From Candidatus Eiseniibacteriota bacterium (GTDB lineage: Bacteria > Eisenbacteria > RBG-16-71-46 > CAZAMP01): 64,000 nucleotides of DNA. Position 1 is the stretch's first letter, and each line of letters starts with the position of its first letter. This document shows, piece after piece, positions 47,501 through 57,684 of this stretch. Under the pieces are notes generated by a model. The model was not told the DNA's origin, searched no databases, and worked only from the letters and a program-made list of their open reading frames with translations. The stretch is taken from positions 3,776,001-3,840,000 of the forward strand of contig OZ245046.1 in the NCBI GenBank assembly GCA_965224245.1. Reading direction: 5' to 3'. Made by a program: the position numbers and the translations under genes.

Positions 47501-48286
47501 TCAATGGATCACCCGTCCGGCGCAGTCCTGTCCGTCGTCGAACGCGGCACGCGCTGGAGCCGGCACCGCCGCGCACGCGGGACAGTCGGGCCGGCGCTCG
47601 ATCGGGATGCGCGTGATCGCGAACCGATCGGTGTCGACGTGCACGAGCGTGCCCCACGGAACCGTCCCCCGGCCAGCCAGAATGCGAATGACCGAGAGCG
47701 CGGCCAGGTGGCCGACGATGGCCGAGACCGCGGCCAGCACCGGGAAGTCGGCCCGCCAGGGCGGCGGCTCGGGGGTCAGGCAGCGAAGACACGCGCTCCG
47801 GCCCGGACGCACACACACGAGATGGGCCTCGTCGGCATACATGGCCGCGTCGACGAACGGCTTCCCGGCAGCCAGGGCGGCGTCGTTCAGCGTCAGGCGC
47901 TCCTCGTACGTCGGCGCCGCGCCGATCGCGACGTCGTGCGTGGCCATCAGCTCTCTCGCTTCGGCCGGCGTGATGCGCCCATCCACGCCGCGCACGTCGA
48001 TGTCGCGCCCGTAGCGGCGCAACGCAGCCTCGGCCTGGGGAGCCCTCGGCCGTCCCACCCCGTCGGGGTCCATCAGGATCATTCGGTGCAGATCCTCGTC
48101 GAGGAGATCGCCCTCGTGATAGAACGTGATCCGTCCGACTCCGGCCACCGCGAGGCTCTGCGTCAGAGGGCCGCCCAGCCCTCCCACGCGCGCGATCAGA
48201 ACCGAGCTCGCCTGCAGGCGGGCCTGCTCGGCCTCACCGAGCCAGTCGAGGAGCTTCTGACGCCGGTATCGATCCGGTTGCGTCAT
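47501..48286 (-). CDS. HesA/MoeB/ThiF family E1-like adenylyltransferase (HesA-like subtype)
   Basis: RYRRQ, RVGGLGG, AGVG, DLHRM, CLRC...CPAC zinc pairs. Confidence 0.88.
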   Translation of the reverse strand: MTQPDRYRRQKLLDWLGEAEQARLQASSVLIARVGGLGGPLTQSLAVAGVGRITFYHEGDLLDEDLHRMILMDPDGVGRPRAPQAEAALRRYGRDIDVRGVDGRITPAEARELMATHDVAIGAAPTYEERLTLNDAALAAGKPFVDAAMYADEAHLVCVRPGRSACLRCLTPEPPPWRADFPVLAAVSAIVGHLAALSVIRILAGRGTVPWGTLVHVDTDRFAITRIPIERRPDCPACAAVPAPARAAFDDGQDCAGRVIH

Positions 48287-48288
48287 GA

Positions 48289-48564
48289 TCACCCTCCCGC
48301 CACCGGCAGCATCAGCCGGATGGTCGTGGTCCCGTTCACCGGGACGTCGCGATCGTGACACACGACGCCGTCCACGACGACCAGCACGCTCGGGTGCAGT
48401 CGCCCCTCGCGCATGATGTGGCCGGATCGATCGCGCGGAAGCCGCGCGATCAAGGCCGCCAGCGCCTCGTTCACGGTGATGCCGCCATCGACGTCGACGT
48501 CGACGTCGATGGCGGCCGCGCCGAGCATGTCGGCCAGCCAGGGCGTCATTTCGAATCGAACCAT
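48289..48564 (-). CDS. MoaD/ThiS family sulfur-carrier protein
   Basis: 91 aa; VLVVVDG; ends PVAGG. Confidence 0.88.
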   Translation of the reverse strand: MVRFEMTPWLADMLGAAAIDVDVDVDGGITVNEALAALIARLPRDRSGHIMREGRLHPSVLVVVDGVVCHDRDVPVNGTTTIRLMLPVAGG

Positions 48565-48595
48565 GTCGGCTCACCTCCCCATTGCGGATCGCGGA

Positions 48596-49258
48596 TCATG
48601 TTGCGGTCACGATACGGCCCTCGACGATTCGGGTCACCGCGTCTGCGCGCTCGGCGGCCTCCTGGGCATCGTGCGTGATCTGCACGATGGCCGCTCCGCG
48701 CTCGTCGCGCCAGCGGGAAACCACGTCACCCACGAGGCGGCGCGTGTCGGCGTCCAGCGCGGACGTGCACTCGTCCAGAAGCAGCACGTCCACGTCGGTC
48801 ACGAGGGCCCGCGCCAGCGCGACGCGTTGCGCCTCCCCTCCCGAGATGCTCGTGATGGACCGCGACTCGAGGTGCGCAATCCCCAGCGCGTCCATCGCGC
48901 GGTCCAGCCGGGCGTCCAGGTCGGGACCGGCACCGCGGGCGCGGGCGCCGAACGCCACGTTGCGGCGGACCGAGAGGTGCGGAAACAGAAGATCGTCCTG
49001 CGGCACGTAGCCGAGGCGTCGCCCCTCGGGGGGAACGTCGGCCAGACTCCGGCCGTCGCGGCGAATGTCGCCCTCGGTGGGGCTCAGGAACCCCGCGGCC
49101 ATCTCGAGCAGCAGCGTCTTGCCCGCTCCGGTCGGGCCGACCAGGGCCCGCCACTCCCCCGCGCGCACGTCGATGGATACGTTCACGACCTTGAACGCGC
49201 CGAGATCCAGCGACACCGACTCCCAGCTCAGGCGTGGCGTGCCGTTCGGCGCGATCAT
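48596..49258 (-). CDS. modC: Molybdate/tungstate ABC transporter ATPase
   Basis: GPTGAGKT, YVPQD..LFPHL, SGGEAQRVALARAL, LLDE, ITHD. Confidence 0.85.
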   Translation of the reverse strand: MIAPNGTPRLSWESVSLDLGAFKVVNVSIDVRAGEWRALVGPTGAGKTLLLEMAAGFLSPTEGDIRRDGRSLADVPPEGRRLGYVPQDDLLFPHLSVRRNVAFGARARGAGPDLDARLDRAMDALGIAHLESRSITSISGGEAQRVALARALVTDVDVLLLDECTSALDADTRRLVGDVVSRWRDERGAAIVQITHDAQEAAERADAVTRIVEGRIVTAT

Positions 49259-50055
49259 CCGAGCACCAGCTTCCCGCCGAGCCGCCGGATGCCCGAGAGG
49301 GCGATCGCGCCCAGGAGGACCAGGAGCACGCTCAGCGCCACACCGTTCTCGATCTCGCCGTTCGAGAACGACAGGAAGATGGCGATCGGCAGCACGTCGG
49401 TCTTTCCGCGGACGGCGCCCGCGAAGATCAGGATCGGGCCGAACTCGGCGATCGCGCGGGCCCACACGAGGATCGTGCCCGCGATGATCCCGTTCCGGGC
49501 CAGGGGCAGTGACACGCGCCAGAACGTCGCGGCCTCGCTCGCACCCAGCGAGCGCGACATCGTCTCCAGCCGGACGGGAACGTCCGCGAAGGTCGCGCGC
49601 AGGACCCGGACGGCCAGCGGCGCGGCGATGGTGAACTGCGCAAGCACGATCCCCGCTCGCGTGAACCGCAGATCGAGCCCCGCGGCGTCCAGCCGGCCCG
49701 TCCCCAGGACGCGTTCGAGAATGGCATAGGCCAGGAGCAGGCTGAAGCCGGCGACCAGCGGCGGGAGCACGATGGGCAGATCCAGGAGGACGTCGATGGC
49801 GCCCCGGAGCGGCACCCGATGCCGTGTCAGCGCGTAGGCCGCCGGGAGCGCGAGCAGCATGGCCAGTGACGTCGACAGCGAGCTCGTCCACACCGAGAGC
49901 CAGATCGAGCGTCGCGCGGCCTCGCTGGTCAAGAGATTCATCAGCCGCTCGGGCCCGGCGTAGAGGAAGTTCGCCAGCAGGAACGTCGCGACGAACGCCA
50001 CCAGCAGAACGAGCGCGCCGGCGAGAGTGAGCCGAAACCACGAGAGACGCTTCAC
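49255..50055 (-). CDS. modB: Molybdate/tungstate ABC transporter permease
   Basis: DLPIVLPPLVAG, F..V..PLA, WARAIAEFG, LPIAIFL. Confidence 0.88.
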   Translation of the reverse strand: MKRLSWFRLTLAGALVLLVAFVATFLLANFLYAGPERLMNLLTSEAARRSIWLSVWTSSLSTSLAMLLALPAAYALTRHRVPLRGAIDVLLDLPIVLPPLVAGFSLLLAYAILERVLGTGRLDAAGLDLRFTRAGIVLAQFTIAAPLAVRVLRATFADVPVRLETMSRSLGASEAATFWRVSLPLARNGIIAGTILVWARAIAEFGPILIFAGAVRGKTDVLPIAIFLSFSNGEIENGVALSVLLVLLGAIALSGIRRLGGKLVLG

Positions 50056-50879
50056 GGTGTCTCGGAGGCGAGCTGATCGGACTCCGCGCTCACCGGCTCG
50101 TACCCGTGGCGCCGGAAGATCGCCGCGCCGGCCTCGCTGGTCAGGAACTCCAGAAAGCGCCCGGCGGCCAGGGGCTCACGCGAGCATCCGAGGACGCCAC
50201 CGGTGATGATCGTCCGGAACGGGCGCCCGCTCGCGGGGGCAACCGCGTCGAGCGTTGGAAAGAGCTCGACCGTCACGTCCCAGACGATCGCGGCGTCCAG
50301 CGCGCCCAGCGCCAGCTGGCTCCCGAGCTCGTTGACGTTGATCGCGCGGGTCCGGACGTTCGCGTCGAGCCGCGCGCGGGTGGCCTCGTCCAGCTCGGAC
50401 TCGAGCCATCGCTCGCTCGCGACGCCGACCGCCACCGACGTCGGATCCCCGAGTCCCACCCGCACCCCGGGCTCGGCCAGATCGACGAGGTCGTGGATGT
50501 CGAGGGGATTGCCCGACGGCACGGCGATCACGGGCTGGAGATATGCGATGGAGACCGCGGCGTCGGCCAGTCCACGCTCGATCGCCTGATCGAGGTAGTG
50601 AACCTCGCCGGGAATGAAGACGTCGCCCTTGCCGGTCATCTCGGCCTGGGCGAGAAGGCAGCCGCTGCCGGCGAAGGTCACGTCCACGCGCACGCCCTCC
50701 TCGGCGGTGAACGCGGCCGCGGCCTCCTCGATGGGGAGCCGGAACCCGGCCCCGGCGAACACCATCATCTCGCACGCATCGTCACAGGCGTGGACGATCG
50801 GCGTGAGCGGCAGGGAGAGCGCCATGGTGACGACGGTGAACGGAAGCGCGCGACGGTCCTGCACGAGATGGGCGAGCAT
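50052..50879 (-). CDS. modA: Molybdate/tungstate ABC transporter substrate-binding protein
   Basis: FAGAG, FAGSG.L..Q, GNP..I..L.DL, GDP..VAVG, DAAIVW, FRRHGY. Confidence 0.88.
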   Translation of the reverse strand: MLAHLVQDRRALPFTVVTMALSLPLTPIVHACDDACEMMVFAGAGFRLPIEEAAAAFTAEEGVRVDVTFAGSGCLLAQAEMTGKGDVFIPGEVHYLDQAIERGLADAAVSIAYLQPVIAVPSGNPLDIHDLVDLAEPGVRVGLGDPTSVAVGVASERWLESELDEATRARLDANVRTRAINVNELGSQLALGALDAAIVWDVTVELFPTLDAVAPASGRPFRTIITGGVLGCSREPLAAGRFLEFLTSEAGAAIFRRHGYEPVSAESDQLASETP

Positions 50880-50978
50880 GTGATCGGGCTCCTTGCATGC
50901 GTGCGGGCATGGAGCGCGGGCGTACCGTCACGGTGACCGCCGCCGGTCGAGACGACCGTCCGCGATCGATACCCCAGG

Positions 50979-51007
50979 ATTATAGCGATACGATCTCATT
51001 CTGTCAG
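50979..51007 (-). promoter_or_regulatory. sigma70 promoter of the mod operon
   Basis: Minus strand CTGACA-N17-TATAAT. Confidence 0.65.
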
Positions 51008-51097
51008 CGAATCATCGGCCCAGGACGCGCATCCGCCAGGTCAACACGCGCCCGGAGCGCTTCCCCGTCACGACGGTTGGTGTATGCTCCCCGCCGC

Positions 51098-53416
51098 ATG
51101 ACGACACACGATACACCAAACCCGGGCCGATCGGTCACCGCCGGGATCTTTCTCATCTCGGCGGCCGCGCTGTTGCTTCAGGTCACGCTGACCCGGATCT
51201 TCTCCGTCGCGATCTGGTATCACTTCGCGTTCCTGGTGGTGTCGGTCGCGCTGTTCGGATTCGGAGCCAGCGGGACGTTCCTGGCCCTCCGGCAGCGTCA
51301 CGCGCTGAGCCCCGAGCACCTGCCGTGGACCGCGGGGGGCTTCGGCCTCAGTGCGCTGGTCGCGTACGTCGGAACGAACGCCATCCCGTTCGAGCCGTTC
51401 CGCATCGCCGCCGAGCCCGTGCAGCTCGCGTACTTCCTCGCCGTCGACATCCTGCTGACACTGCCGTTCTTCTTCGCGGGGCTCACGGTGGCGCTGATCC
51501 TCCGCCTGTGGCCGGTCCACGCCGGCCGTCTCTACGCCTGGGATCTGGTAGGCGCCGCGCTCGGCTCGCTCCTCGTGTTCGCCACACTGCCCCTGGCCGG
51601 CGCGCGAGGCGCGGTCGCGGTCGCGGCCATGCTGGGCTTCGCGTCGGCGGGCACGTTCGCGCGCGGGGCCCGCGCACGCACCACGGCGGCGGCGCTGGCC
51701 GGCGCGTCGGCGATCCTGGTGGCCGCGCCGTCGGTCCTTCCGGACGTTCGGATCGATGCGAGCAAGCCCCTCGTCGTGGAGATCGCCAACCAGGGACGGG
51801 TGGTGTTCTCGAAGTGGAACGCCCTCTCGCGCATCGACGTCGTCGAGCGGCCCGGAGTGGATCCGATGATCCTGATCGACTCGGCGGCCAAGACGTCCAT
51901 CGCGAGACCCGCCGGGGCGTCCGGGCCGTATCAGCGGGACATCAGCACGCTGGCGTACCGCGTGGCCCAGGCACCGAAGGTGGCCATCATCGGGTCCGGC
52001 GGCGGCATGGACGTCCAGAACGCACTCGCGCTGGGCGCCCGGCACGTCACCTGCGTGGAGATCAACCCGATCATCATCGACCTCGTCACGACCCGCTATC
52101 GCGAGCACGTGGGCGCGATCTTCGAGGATCCGCGCGTGAGCCTGGTGCGCGACGAGGGCCGGAGCTTCATCGAGCGCACGCGCGACGCCTTCGACGTCGT
52201 GCAGCTGACGCTGATCGACACCTGGGCGGCGGGTGCGTCCGGCGCGTACAGCCTGACCGAGAACTACCTCTACACGACCGACGCCTTTCGCGCCTATCTC
52301 GATCGGCTGACGCCCGACGGGATGCTGGCCATCACGCGCTGGTACTACGAGGCGCCCCGCCTGGCGACCCTCGGCCGCGCGGCGCTGGAATCGATGGGTG
52401 TGGCCGAGCCTCAGCGATGCGCGCTGGTCATCGAGCGAGGGATCTCGACCGCGTTCCTGCTCAAGCGCCGGCCGTTCACGCCGGCCGAGGTCGCGTCCGC
52501 GCGCGCGTTCGCCGCGGAGATCGGCGCGGACGTCCTCTACGACCCGACGCGCCCCGGCATGGAGTCGTTCTACGACGTGTTCTTCGCCCAGCCCGATCCC
52601 GCGGAGCTGCTCGCGGCGATGCCCGAGCGGCTGGATCCGGTCGGCGATGACGACCCGTTCTTCTTCCTGATGGCGCGCTGGTCGAACATCGACCTCGGCG
52701 CGCTGTCGCGGGTGCCGAGGTCGAGCACGTTCCTCGAGCCGCTGGTCGTCCCGGTCGGACAGATCGCGCTGGCCGCCGCGCTCGTAGTGGGCGCCGTCCT
52801 GTCGGTGACGCTCCTGGCCATCGCGCTCGCGTCCCGGACGGTGCCCCACAGCGGGCGGTGGCGGTGGCTGACGTACTTCCTGGGGCTCGGGCTCGCGTTC
52901 ATCATCGTCGAGGTGGTGCTGATGCAGCGGTTCGCGCTCTTCCTGGGCCATCCGACCTACTCGGTCACGGTCGTGCTGTTCGCGATCCTCCTCTTCTCGG
53001 GGCTCGGCAGCGCGTGGTCGGGACGGCGCTCGGGCGCGCTCGCACACGTGGCCCGGCCGGTCGCGATCGCGCTTCCGATCGCGATCGTGTTCCTGACCTT
53101 CGTCGTGCCGCCGCTGACGAGCGCGCTCATCGGCATGTCCCTGCCCATCCGGCTGGCCATCGCGACACTCGTGATCGCGCCGGTTGCATTCTGCATGGGC
53201 ATGCCGTTCCCCATCGGCATCCGGGCTGCGGCCGCCGAGGACTCCGGCCTCGTCGCGTGGGCCTGGGCCGCCAACGGCTGCGCCAGCGTGATCGGATCGG
53301 TGGCCGCGGTGCTCGGCGCGATCACGTGGAGCTTCTCGGTGATGCTGCTCGTCGCCGGAGCGATCTACGTCCTCGCACTGATCCTCCTGACCCGCACGCC
53401 CCGCGCTCTCACCTGA
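51098..53416 (+). CDS. Large multi-TM spermidine-synthase-like SAM-dependent protein
   Basis: TRIFS...WYHFAF..VS.AL.G.GASG; YAWDL.GA; IG.GGG.D; VEINP; DEGRSF; ENYLYT; DDDPFF; MG.PFP; AWAANG..SV. Confidence 0.88.
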   Translation: MTTHDTPNPGRSVTAGIFLISAAALLLQVTLTRIFSVAIWYHFAFLVVSVALFGFGASGTFLALRQRHALSPEHLPWTAGGFGLSALVAYVGTNAIPFEPFRIAAEPVQLAYFLAVDILLTLPFFFAGLTVALILRLWPVHAGRLYAWDLVGAALGSLLVFATLPLAGARGAVAVAAMLGFASAGTFARGARARTTAAALAGASAILVAAPSVLPDVRIDASKPLVVEIANQGRVVFSKWNALSRIDVVERPGVDPMILIDSAAKTSIARPAGASGPYQRDISTLAYRVAQAPKVAIIGSGGGMDVQNALALGARHVTCVEINPIIIDLVTTRYREHVGAIFEDPRVSLVRDEGRSFIERTRDAFDVVQLTLIDTWAAGASGAYSLTENYLYTTDAFRAYLDRLTPDGMLAITRWYYEAPRLATLGRAALESMGVAEPQRCALVIERGISTAFLLKRRPFTPAEVASARAFAAEIGADVLYDPTRPGMESFYDVFFAQPDPAELLAAMPERLDPVGDDDPFFFLMARWSNIDLGALSRVPRSSTFLEPLVVPVGQIALAAALVVGAVLSVTLLAIALASRTVPHSGRWRWLTYFLGLGLAFIIVEVVLMQRFALFLGHPTYSVTVVLFAILLFSGLGSAWSGRRSGALAHVARPVAIALPIAIVFLTFVVPPLTSALIGMSLPIRLAIATLVIAPVAFCMGMPFPIGIRAAAAEDSGLVAWAWAANGCASVIGSVAAVLGAITWSFSVMLLVAGAIYVLALILLTRTPRALT

Positions 53417-53520
53417 TCCGAGCGGCGCTCTCGCCACCCCAACGAAGCATTGACGCCCCCATCCGGAGCGGCTAAACATGGCTCGCCTGAGTACACACTC
53501 ACCCATCGAGGAGACCACTG

Positions 53521-54132
53521 ATGAAGATGACGCGGATGACTCTGGCGGCCTTCGCCGTCGGACTGGCGATCTCGGCCCCCGTCGCGCACGCACAGGACGG
53601 CGAAGGCATGGGCTTCGGCTTCCACGGAATCGGGGGCCAGCTCGGGTTCATCTCTCCCGAGGATCCGATCGACAGCAGCTTCATGTTCGGTGTGCAGGCC
53701 AACCTCGGGACGTTCTCCCGGCAGGTGCCCCAGCTCCTGTTCGTGCCGTCGATCACGTACTGGTCGAAGTCGTACGACACGGGCACGCGGTCGGACGCCT
53801 CGATCTCCGAGCTGGGGTTCTCGGGCGACGCGCGCTGGATGTTCACGAAGGAAGGCGCGGCCCCGGACGCCGTACAGTTCTTCGGGTCGGCCGGGATTGG
53901 CTTCTACCGAGGCAAGTCGGAGTTCACCACCGAGGACATCGACACCGGGTTCGGCATCATCGAGGGCGAGAGCTTCGAGGACACGAACACCGACATCGGC
54001 CTCAAGATCGGCGGCGGCGCCCAGAAGCGCTTCGGCGAGAAGCTCGACGGCTTCGCCGAGGTGACGTTCAAGATCGGGGACATCGACTCGTTCCGGATCT
54101 GCGTGGGCGGGACCTGGGACACCTCCAGCTGA
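53521..54132 (+). CDS. Outer-membrane beta-barrel protein
   Basis: GAGGAG RBS; signal peptide AHA-Q; alternating strands, near-terminal VGGTW. Confidence 0.75.
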   Translation: MKMTRMTLAAFAVGLAISAPVAHAQDGEGMGFGFHGIGGQLGFISPEDPIDSSFMFGVQANLGTFSRQVPQLLFVPSITYWSKSYDTGTRSDASISELGFSGDARWMFTKEGAAPDAVQFFGSAGIGFYRGKSEFTTEDIDTGFGIIEGESFEDTNTDIGLKIGGGAQKRFGEKLDGFAEVTFKIGDIDSFRICVGGTWDTSS

Positions 54133-54178
54133 CCGTCGCGCGCGGATCCGGCGACCGGGCCCGCGCGATCGATCGAGC

Positions 54179-54209
54179 CCGCGCTCGGGGTTCCCCCGTC
54201 CGAGCGCGG
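54179..54209. terminator. GC-rich stem-loop after the OM barrel gene
   Basis: CCGCGCTCGG ... CCGAGCGCGG inverted repeat; no U-tract. Confidence 0.4.
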
Positions 54210-54244
54210 CCGACGTCCCCCACCGGCCCTGGCGCCGCGTCGAA

Positions 54245-54273
54245 TTGACACCCCCCACGACGCCCCGTATCAT
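54245..54273 (+). promoter_or_regulatory. sigma70 promoter of ileS
   Basis: TTGACA-N17-TATCAT. Confidence 0.8.
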
Positions 54274-54342
54274 CCCTCAACTCGTTTTCCGGCGTTCGTT
54301 TACGAACGGCGCGCACGTCACGCACGACACGGGGATGAAGCC

Positions 54343-57300
54343 ATGTTCCGGACCGTCGACAGTGACGTCGCCTTCCCACGGCTCGAGGCGACGATTCTCG
54401 AATTCTGGCGCGAGCACCACACGTTCGAGAAGAGCATCGCCATTCGCGACGGCGCCGAGCACTTCGTGTTCTACGACGGCCCTCCGTTCGCGACCGGCCT
54501 GCCGCACTACGGCCACCTCACCGCCGGCGTCCTGAAGGACATCGTGCCCCGGTACTGGACGATGCGGGGGTACCGGGTCGAGCGTCGATTCGGCTGGGAC
54601 TGCCACGGCATCCCGGTGGAGAACGAGGTCGAGAAGGACCTGGGGCTCAACTCCAAGCGGGACATCGAGGCCTACGGCGTCGCGAACTTCAACGAGGTCT
54701 GCCGGTCGACCGTGCTCCGGTACACCAAGGAGTGGCGCGAGACCGTCGAGCGTCTGGGCCGCTGGGTGGACTTCGACCATGACTACAAGACGATGGAACC
54801 ATGGTACATGGAGTCGGTGTGGTGGGTCTTCCGTCAGCTCTGGGACAAGGGGCTGATCTACCTCGGCCACTCGGTGCAGCCCTACTGCCCGCGGTGCGCG
54901 ACCCCGCTCTCGAACTTCGAGGCCAACTCGGCGTACCAGGACGTGCAGGATCCGTCGATCACGATCCGGCTTCCCGTCCAGGACGAGCCCGATACGTTCT
55001 TCCTGGTCTGGACGACGACCCCGTGGACGCTGCCCTCGAACCTCGGCCTCGCCGTCGGGGCCGACATCGACTACGTGAAGATCCGCCGCGGCGACGAGCA
55101 CTTCTGGCTGGCCGAGGCCCGCCTCGGCGCGTACGACGAGGCGGGCGACGCGGCCGTGGTCGAGCGCGTGAAGGGCGCCGAGCTCGTCGGCCACCGCTAC
55201 ACGCCGCCGTTCGACTACTTCACGTCGCTCTCGACCGACACGTTCGTCGTGGTGGCCGCCGACTTCGTATCGACCGAGGACGGCAGCGGCATCGTGCACA
55301 TGGCTCCGGCCTTCGGCGAGGACGACCAGGCGGTCGGCAAGGCGCACGGCTGGCCGGTCGTGCTGCCGCTCGATGCCGAGTGCCGCTTCACCGACGAGGT
55401 GTCCGATTTCGCCGGTCAGTACGTCAAGGACGCCGACCGCGCGATCATGAAGGACCTCGATGCGCGCGGCTTCCTCCACGACCGGGCCACGGTCGATCAC
55501 GCGTATCCGCACTGCTGGCGCTGCGAGTCCCCGCTCATCTACCGCGGCATCCCGTCGTGGTTCTGCAAGATCGAGCCCATCAAGGCGCGCATGCTCGCGA
55601 ACAACGCCACGATCAACTGGGTCCCCGAGCACATCCGGGACGGCCGCTTCGGGAGCTGGCTGGAGAACGCACACGACTGGAACCTGTCCCGCAATCGCTA
55701 CTGGGGCGCGCCGCTGCCGATCTGGACCAGCGAGGACGGCGAGGAGACCGTGTGCGTGGGGAGCCGCGAGGAGCTGGAGCGACTGAGCGGCCAGACCGTC
55801 ACCGACCTCCACAAGCACTTCGTGGACGAGATCACGATCCCGTCGCAGACCGGCCGGGGTGAGCTTCGCCGGGTGCCGCAGGTGATGGACTGCTGGTTCG
55901 AGTCGGGCTCGATGCCGTATGCGCAGATCCACTACCCCTTCGAGAACGCCGACCGTCTCGACACGATGCTGCCCGGCGACTTCATCGCCGAGGGGCTCGA
56001 TCAGACGCGCGGGTGGTTCTACACGCTGTTGATCCTGTCCACCGCGCTCTTCGACCGGCCCCCGTTCCGGAACGTCATCGTGAACGGGATGCTCCTGGCC
56101 GAGGACGGCAAGAAGATGTCCAAGCGACTGAAGAACTACCCTGACCCGGTGCACATCCTGGACGAGTACGGCGCCGACGCGCTTCGCGCGTATCTGATCA
56201 ACTCGCCGGCGGTCAAGGCCGAGACCCTCCGGTTCAGCGAGAACGGCGTTCGCGAGGTGCTGCGCAAGGTGATGCTCCCGCTGTGGAACGCCTACTCGTT
56301 CTTCGTGACCTACGCGAACATCGACGGATGGACGCCCACCGCCGCGAGCACCTCGGTCCCGGTGACCCATCAGCTGGACCGGTGGGTCCTCTCGTCGCTG
56401 CAGACGCTGATCGCCGACGTGAACACGCACATGGACCGCTACCAGCTCCATCGCGTCGTGCCGCGCCTGGACGGGTTCATCGACGACCTGACGAACTGGT
56501 ACATCCGCCGATCCCGACAGCGCTTCTGGAGCGATGACGACCCGGCCGACAAGGCATCGGCGTACCGCACGCTCTACGACGTCCTGGTCACGTACGCGAA
56601 GGTGCTGGCCCCGGTGCTGCCGTTCGTGTGCGAGGAGATCTACCGGAACCTCACCGTCGAGGCCGGCGTCGACGGCCCCGAGTCGGTGCACCTGTGCGAC
56701 TACCCGCGGGCCGACGACGCGCGCCGTGACGAGACCCTCGAACGCGAGATGTCGCTGGCCCGCACGATCGTCGACCTCGGCCGTACGCTGCGCTCCCGGC
56801 ACAACCTCAAGATCCGCCAGCCGCTCTCGGACATCACGGTGGTGGCACGCACCGAGCAGGACCGCGACCTCATCCGGTTGATGGAGCCCATCATCCTCGA
56901 CGAGCTGAACGTGAAGGCGCTGGCCTTCACCGATCGCGAGGAGGAGCTGGTCGAGCTTCATCCCAAGGCGAACTTCCGCGTGCTCGGAAAGCGGCTGGGA
57001 CCGCGCATGAAGGAGGCCGCGGCCGCGATCGCCGAGCTCGATCTCGCGTCCCTGCGGGCGCTCGAGGAGGGTCGGACGATCGAGGTCTGTGGCGAGGCGA
57101 TCACGCTCGAGGACATCCTGATCGATCGCACCGAGCACGACGGGCACGTCACCGAGACCGGGAACGGGGTCACCGTGAGCCTGAACACGCAGCTCTCCGA
57201 GGCGCTCCTGGCCGAAGGCCTCGCGCGGGAGATGAAGAACCGCATCCAGTCGATGCGCAAGGCGGCCGGGTTCGACGTCACCGACCGGATCCGCACCCGG

Positions 57301-57474
57301 ATCTCGTCGTCGGACGCGGTGCAGGCCACGCTCCAGACCTACGCCGACTACCTCGAGCGCGAGACGCTCACCACCGAGCTCACGTTCGGCCGCGAGGACG
57401 AGAGCTGCGACGTCTGCAAGGACTGGGACGTCGGCGGTGAGCGGATCTGGGTCGGACTGTCTCGTGTGACGTAG
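54343..57474 (+). CDS. ileS: Isoleucine--tRNA ligase, type 2 (eukaryote/archaea-like)
   Basis: DGPPFATGLPHYGH, GWDCHG, WTTTPWTLPSN, SRNRYWG, EGLDQTRGWFY, KMSKR. Confidence 0.97.
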   Translation: MFRTVDSDVAFPRLEATILEFWREHHTFEKSIAIRDGAEHFVFYDGPPFATGLPHYGHLTAGVLKDIVPRYWTMRGYRVERRFGWDCHGIPVENEVEKDLGLNSKRDIEAYGVANFNEVCRSTVLRYTKEWRETVERLGRWVDFDHDYKTMEPWYMESVWWVFRQLWDKGLIYLGHSVQPYCPRCATPLSNFEANSAYQDVQDPSITIRLPVQDEPDTFFLVWTTTPWTLPSNLGLAVGADIDYVKIRRGDEHFWLAEARLGAYDEAGDAAVVERVKGAELVGHRYTPPFDYFTSLSTDTFVVVAADFVSTEDGSGIVHMAPAFGEDDQAVGKAHGWPVVLPLDAECRFTDEVSDFAGQYVKDADRAIMKDLDARGFLHDRATVDHAYPHCWRCESPLIYRGIPSWFCKIEPIKARMLANNATINWVPEHIRDGRFGSWLENAHDWNLSRNRYWGAPLPIWTSEDGEETVCVGSREELERLSGQTVTDLHKHFVDEITIPSQTGRGELRRVPQVMDCWFESGSMPYAQIHYPFENADRLDTMLPGDFIAEGLDQTRGWFYTLLILSTALFDRPPFRNVIVNGMLLAEDGKKMSKRLKNYPDPVHILDEYGADALRAYLINSPAVKAETLRFSENGVREVLRKVMLPLWNAYSFFVTYANIDGWTPTAASTSVPVTHQLDRWVLSSLQTLIADVNTHMDRYQLHRVVPRLDGFIDDLTNWYIRRSRQRFWSDDDPADKASAYRTLYDVLVTYAKVLAPVLPFVCEEIYRNLTVEAGVDGPESVHLCDYPRADDARRDETLEREMSLARTIVDLGRTLRSRHNLKIRQPLSDITVVARTEQDRDLIRLMEPIILDELNVKALAFTDREEELVELHPKANFRVLGKRLGPRMKEAAAAIAELDLASLRALEEGRTIEVCGEAITLEDILIDRTEHDGHVTETGNGVTVSLNTQLSEALLAEGLAREMKNRIQSMRKAAGFDVTDRIRTRISSSDAVQATLQTYADYLERETLTTELTFGREDESCDVCKDWDVGGERIWVGLSRVT

Positions 57475-57652
57475 GCCTGCGGAGACGCGGGTCTCGATTC
57501 GCTCCGGGTCGGGGCAGGTCATCCCGGCTCAGACAGGCCCTCACGACGGGCGGACCTGTCCGAGCCGACGGGCCCCTCGCGACACCGACGCACCGGCGTT
57601 ACCCATCGAGTAGGCCCGTCCAGCTCACGCGAGCGCAGACGAGGAGGGCGGC

Positions 57653-57684
57653 GGCCCTGCCGATCGCGAGCGACCGGCAGGGCC
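57653..57684. terminator. Strong hairpin in the convergent intergenic region
   Basis: GGCCCTGCCG-atcgcgagcgac-CGGCAGGGCC. Confidence 0.45.

Noticed and set aside
50880-50975. Moco/Wco riboswitch in the modA leader
   Set aside because: The leader is short and lacks the conserved motif elements I would expect; cannot be supported without Infernal
54274-54342. T-box upstream of ileS
   Set aside because: Only ~65 nt between promoter and start codon, and no T-box sequence
54277-57522. 1081-aa minus-strand ORF and other very long antisense ORFs (e.g. 26759-30241, 42316-44859, 51068-53593)
   Set aside because: Shadow frames opposite well-supported genes; high GC3 suppresses stops and the translations have no motifs
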